Below are positions 58,293 through 64,000 of a stretch of DNA of 64,000 nt, in pieces. The notes under the pieces are model-generated. The model did not search any database. It was not told where the DNA came from and saw only the letters and a list, made by a program, of their open reading frames with translations. Numbering within the stretch: the stretch's first letter is position 1; each line of letters opens with the position of its first letter. Both the position numbers and the translations under genes were made by a program. This stretch comes from the human T2T-CHM13v2.0 reference genome, Homo sapiens: the NCBI RefSeq assembly GCF_009914755.1, contig NC_060926.1; one strand, given 5' to 3'.

Positions 58293-59174
58293 ATAGAGTT
58301 GAGGGAAAGACTTACCCTTTCTCTTCTCTGGGTTTTAGCTGATGGGAAGAATACGTCGGAATATAGTATCAGTTTTATTAATTGACAAAGCACTTGTCCA
58401 ATAACTGCCAGTGTATAACTCTGGTAAAGCTGGATTGCAAAATGGACCTTGATTCCAGGGCAGTGGAGGGGTGGACTTGCGTGAGGGGAGAGATGGGTCT
58501 GCAGAGCACATTCTGCGTCTTTACCTCTGTGGCCAGCTCTAAGGCCTGTCCATCAGTCACCAAAACAGGTGGGGATAGGGCAAAGTAAGAGAACTTTATA
58601 GTATGGAATACAATGGAAAAGAAAGAGAACCTACACACAGGTCCAAGTGAGCTATTTAATACCCTGCCTCACTGACTCGAAAACATTGCCCAACAAATTT
58701 CTGCCTCTAACCAATCAGATTAGTTATTCCTCATTTGGGAAGAGTGATAATATAATAGAAAGTAAACAAAAGAGTTCATTTCAACACCTAGAAAAGTGGT
58801 GATAGGGATAAACGTTCTTTCCAACCCATCAATTGTATAGGAGATATAATGAGAATCTTTAAATACATTCTTATTTCTCATGGCTAGTAAGGACCATGAG
58901 GATATAGATACATAGAATATATAGAAAATGACAGGTAGATGTTAACAGGTCCTTTTTAACAGCTGTCCTGCTCTATGAGTGATGCCCTTTGCCATCTGTG
59001 AGATGTCATCAGCACATAGTGTCAGCTATGGTTTTTCTAGTTCCTCTCTTTTACACTATTCTCTGCCTCCCTTCATGCTGTGCAGTGCTGTCAACTGGTG
59101 ACTGAGTCACCTAGTAGTACCTAGCAATTCAGATAAGAGGAATCTTAGGTAATTGCATCTACAATATAGGATGC

Positions 59175-59724
59175 TGTGACGATTAATATTGTCAACTTGA
59201 TTGGGTTGAAGTATGCAAAATATTATTCCTGGGTGTGTCTAAGAGGGTGTTGCCAAAGGAGATTAACATTTGAGTCAATTGGATTGGGAGAGGCAGACCC
59301 ACCCTCAGTGTGGGTGGACACCATCTAATCAGCTTCCAGTTCAGCTAGAATAAAGCAGGCAGAAGTTGGAAAGAGCAGACTTGCTAAGCCTTCTGGCCTT
59401 CATCTTTCTCCCATGCTGGATGCTTCCCACCCTTAAACATCAGCCTCCAAGTTCTTTGGCTTTTGGACTTTCGGACTTACTCTAGTGGTTTGCCAGGGGC
59501 TCTTGGGCCTGCGGCCACAGACTGAAGGCTGCGCTGTCTGCTTCCGTACTTTTGAGGTTTTGGGACTGGGACTGATCCACTACTGGCTTCCTTGCTCCTT
59601 AACTTGCAGACGGCTTATCGTGGGACTTTACCTTGTGATTGTGTGAGTCAATTCTCCTTAATAAACTCCCTCTCATATATACATATATCCTATTAGTTCT
59701 GTCCCTCTAGAGAACCCTAATACA
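59175..59724 (+). mobile_element. HERV-L solo LTR (MLT2A-type, 550 bp)
   Basis: TGTGACGATTAATATTGTCAACTTGATTGG ... AATAAACTCCC ... GTCCCTCTAGAGAACCCTAATACA with TG...CA termini. Confidence 0.9.
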
Positions 59725-60179
59725 GATTTCAAATACTAAAAAACGTTCAGCAGCACTGTAGCCTTTAGGTGCCCCTTTTCATTGTATTTTAATTTAATCT
59801 TAGCTATATAAGGATGACAGTGTTATGAGGCCCAGACCCTAGAAACAGGAACATAACAAAAATATGTCTAAAGTATGGTAAAGGGGTAGAGATTGGAAAA
59901 AAAGAAACTTGGCTTCTATCCCAAGCTGTTCTCAGGTGGGATCTATGTCCCTCCCACTAGGGTCCTATGAGAAAGTGATTCCTTGGGGAAAAACCCATTT
60001 ATCTAAATCATTCCATGGATTCTCTATTTCTTTCTGATAATTAGCTAAGTAGGAAGGAAAAAGCTAGGATGACAAAAAGGCTAATTTGTGGATATATGTG
60101 CTTATTGGTGAAACGTATATTGTGCATTGGTAAGTAAATAAAGTTCAAGATTTTGCAGAAATGTATCAGCTATTATAAA

Positions 60180-60644
60180 TTAAGCCTGCACCGGACACCT
60201 TTCAAGATGGCCAAATAGGAACAGCTCCAGTCTACAGCTCCCAGCATGAGTGACACAGAAGACAGGTGATTTCTGCATTTCCATCTGAGGTACCGGGCTC
60301 ATCTCACTAGGGAGTGCCAGACAGTGGGTGCAGGACAGTGGGTGCAGCGCACCATGCGCCACCCGAAGCAGGGCAAGGCATTGCCTCACTCGGGAAGCGC
60401 AAGGGGTCAGGGAGTTCCCTTTCCTAGTCAAAGAAAGGGGTGACAGACACCACCTGGAAAATCGGGTCACTCCCACCCTAATACTGCCCTTTTCTGACGG
60501 GCTTAAAAAACGGCGCACCAGGAGATTATATCCCACACCTGGCTCGGAGGGGCCTACGCCCACGGAGTCTCGCTGATTGCTAGCACAGCAGTCTGAGATC
60601 AAACTGCAAGGCGGCAGTGAGGCTGGGGGAGGGGCGCCCGCCAT
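60180..60644 (-). CDS. L1 antisense ORF0, intact and extended (154 aa)
   Basis: ATG at 60644 in context GCAATGG. Reads MAGAPPPASLPPCSLISDCCASNQRDSVGVGPSEPGVGY... and stays open past the L1 5' end to TAA at 60182-60180. Expression is unknown. Confidence 0.55.
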   Translation of the reverse strand: MAGAPPPASLPPCSLISDCCASNQRDSVGVGPSEPGVGYNLLVRRFLSPSEKGSIRVGVTRFSRWCLSPLSLTRKGNSLTPCASRVRQCLALLRVAHGALHPLSCTHCLALPSEMSPVPQMEMQKSPVFCVTHAGSCRLELFLFGHLERCPVQA

Positions 60645-61216
60645 TGCCCAGGCTTGCCTAGGTAAACAAAGCAGCCAGGAAGCTTGAACTGGGTGGAGCC
60701 CACCACAGCTCAAGGAGGCCTGCCTACCTCTGGGGGCAGGGCACAGACAAACAAACAAAAAGACAGCAGTAACCTCTGCAGACTTAAATGTCCCTGTCTG
60801 ACAGCTTTGAGGAGAGCAGTGGTTCTCCCAGCATGCAGCCGGAGATATGAGAACGGGCAGACTGCCTCCTCAAGTGGGTCCCTGACCCCTCACCCCCGAG
60901 CAGCCTAACTGGGAGGCATCCCCCAGTAGGGGCAGACTGACACCTCACACGGCCGGGTACTCCTCTGAGACAAAACTTCCAGAGGAACAATCAGACAGCA
61001 GCATTCACGGTTCACGAAAATCCGCTGTTCTGCAGCCACCGCTGCTGTTACCCAGGCAAACAGGGTCCGGAGTGGACCTCTAGCAAACTCCAACAGACCT
61101 GCAGCTGAGGGTCCTGTCTGTTAGAAGGAAAACTAACAAACAGAAAGGACATCCACACCAAAAACCCATCTGTACATCACCATCATCAAAGATCAAAAGT
61201 AGATAAAACCACAAAG

Positions 61217-62227
61217 ATGGGGAAAAAACAGAGCAGAAAAACTGGAAACTTTAAAAAGCAGAGCGCCTCTCCTCCTCCAAAGGAATGCAGTTCCTCACCA
61301 GCAACGGAACAGAGCTGGACGGAGAATGACTTTGACGAGCTGAGAGAAGAAGGCTTCAGACGATCAAACTACACTGAGCTACAGGAGGAAATTCAAACCA
61401 AAGGCAAAGAAGTTAAAAACTTTGATAAAAATTTAGACGAATGTGTAACTAGAATAACCAATAGAGAGAAGTGCTTAAAGGAGCTGATGGAGCTGAAAGC
61501 CAAGGCTCAAGAACTACGTGAAGAATGCAGAAGCCTCAGGAGCCGATGCGATCAACTGGAAGAAAGGGTATCAGTGATGGAAGATGAAATGAATGAAATG
61601 AAGCGAGAAGGGAAGTTTAGAGAAAAAAGAATAAAAAGAAATGAACAAAGCCTCCAAGAAATATGGGATTATGTGAAAAGACCAAATCTACGTCTCATTG
61701 GTGTACCTGAAAGTGACGAGGAGAATGGAACCAAGTTGGAAAACACTCTGCAGGATGTTATCCAGGAGAACTTCCCCAATCTAGCAAGGCAGGCCAACAT
61801 TCAGATTCAGGAAATACAGAGAACGCCACAAAGATACTCCTCGAGAAGAGCAACTCCAAGACACATAATTGTCAGATTCACCAAAGTGGAAATGAAGGAA
61901 AAAATCTTAAGGGCAGCCAGAGACAAAGGTCGGGTTACCCACAAAGGGAAGCCCATCAGACTAACAGCAGATCTCTGGGCAGAAACTCTACAAGCCAGAA
62001 GAGAGTGGGGGCCAATATTCAACATTCTTAAAGAATTTTCAACCCAGAATTTCATATCCAGCCAAACTAAGCTTCATAAGTGAAGGAGAAATAAAATACT
62101 TTACCGACAAGCAAATGCTGAGAGATGTTGTCACCACCAGGCCTGCCCTAAAAGAGCTCCTGAAGGAAGCACTAAACATGGAAAGAACAACCGGTACCAG
62201 CCACTGCAAAATCATGCCAAATTGTAA
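61217..62227 (+). pseudogene. L1 ORF1p, frameshifted near 62033
   Basis: MGKKQSRKTGN...YVKRPNLRLIGVPE...REWGPIFNILKE, then a short deletion shifts the frame. The original stop is near 62225. Confidence 0.9.
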
Positions 62228-62290
62228 AGACCATCAAGGCTAGGAAGAAACTGCATCAACTAACGAGCAAAATAACCAGTTAACATCATA

Positions 62291-64000
<1,710 letters not shown>

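Noticed and set aside
58169-58638. ORFs considered as extra DNAH7 exons
   Set aside because: No dynein-like motifs. The preceding DNAH7 exon appears to lie beyond the window.
60448-60460. ORF0 second donor (TCCAG|GTGGTG) as a fusion source
   Set aside because: It is phase 2, out of frame with both downstream DNAH7 exons, and a weak donor.

Overview
Primate (human-like) genomic DNA, AT-rich and repeat-dense, carrying the 3' ends of two convergent genes. On the + strand are eight coding exons and a ~2.7 kb 3'UTR of the LIV-1 zinc transporter SLC39A10/ZIP10 (32..~54040). All splice phases join into one open frame ending ...FDIQF*. On the - strand are the last two coding exons of the axonemal dynein heavy chain DNAH7 (57188-57085 and 54467-54261). 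The two AATAAA signals face each other only 43 nt apart, forming an apparent shared bidirectional poly(A) cassette. The introns hold a ~13 kb nested transposon stack (old L1MB containing L1PB, a solo LTR, MER2, Tigger2a and a twin-primed L1), about 20 Alus, and mariner, piggyBac, Tigger and MaLR/ERVL relics. A 5'-intact L1PA3/4-like element starts at ~60.2 kb. Its antisense ORF0 is intact, and its first splice donor is in phase with the next DNAH7 exon, predicting a 138-aa ORF0-DNAH7 C-terminal fusion. Gene names and repeat subfamilies come from recognition by eye, not database searches, and repeat boundaries are approximate.
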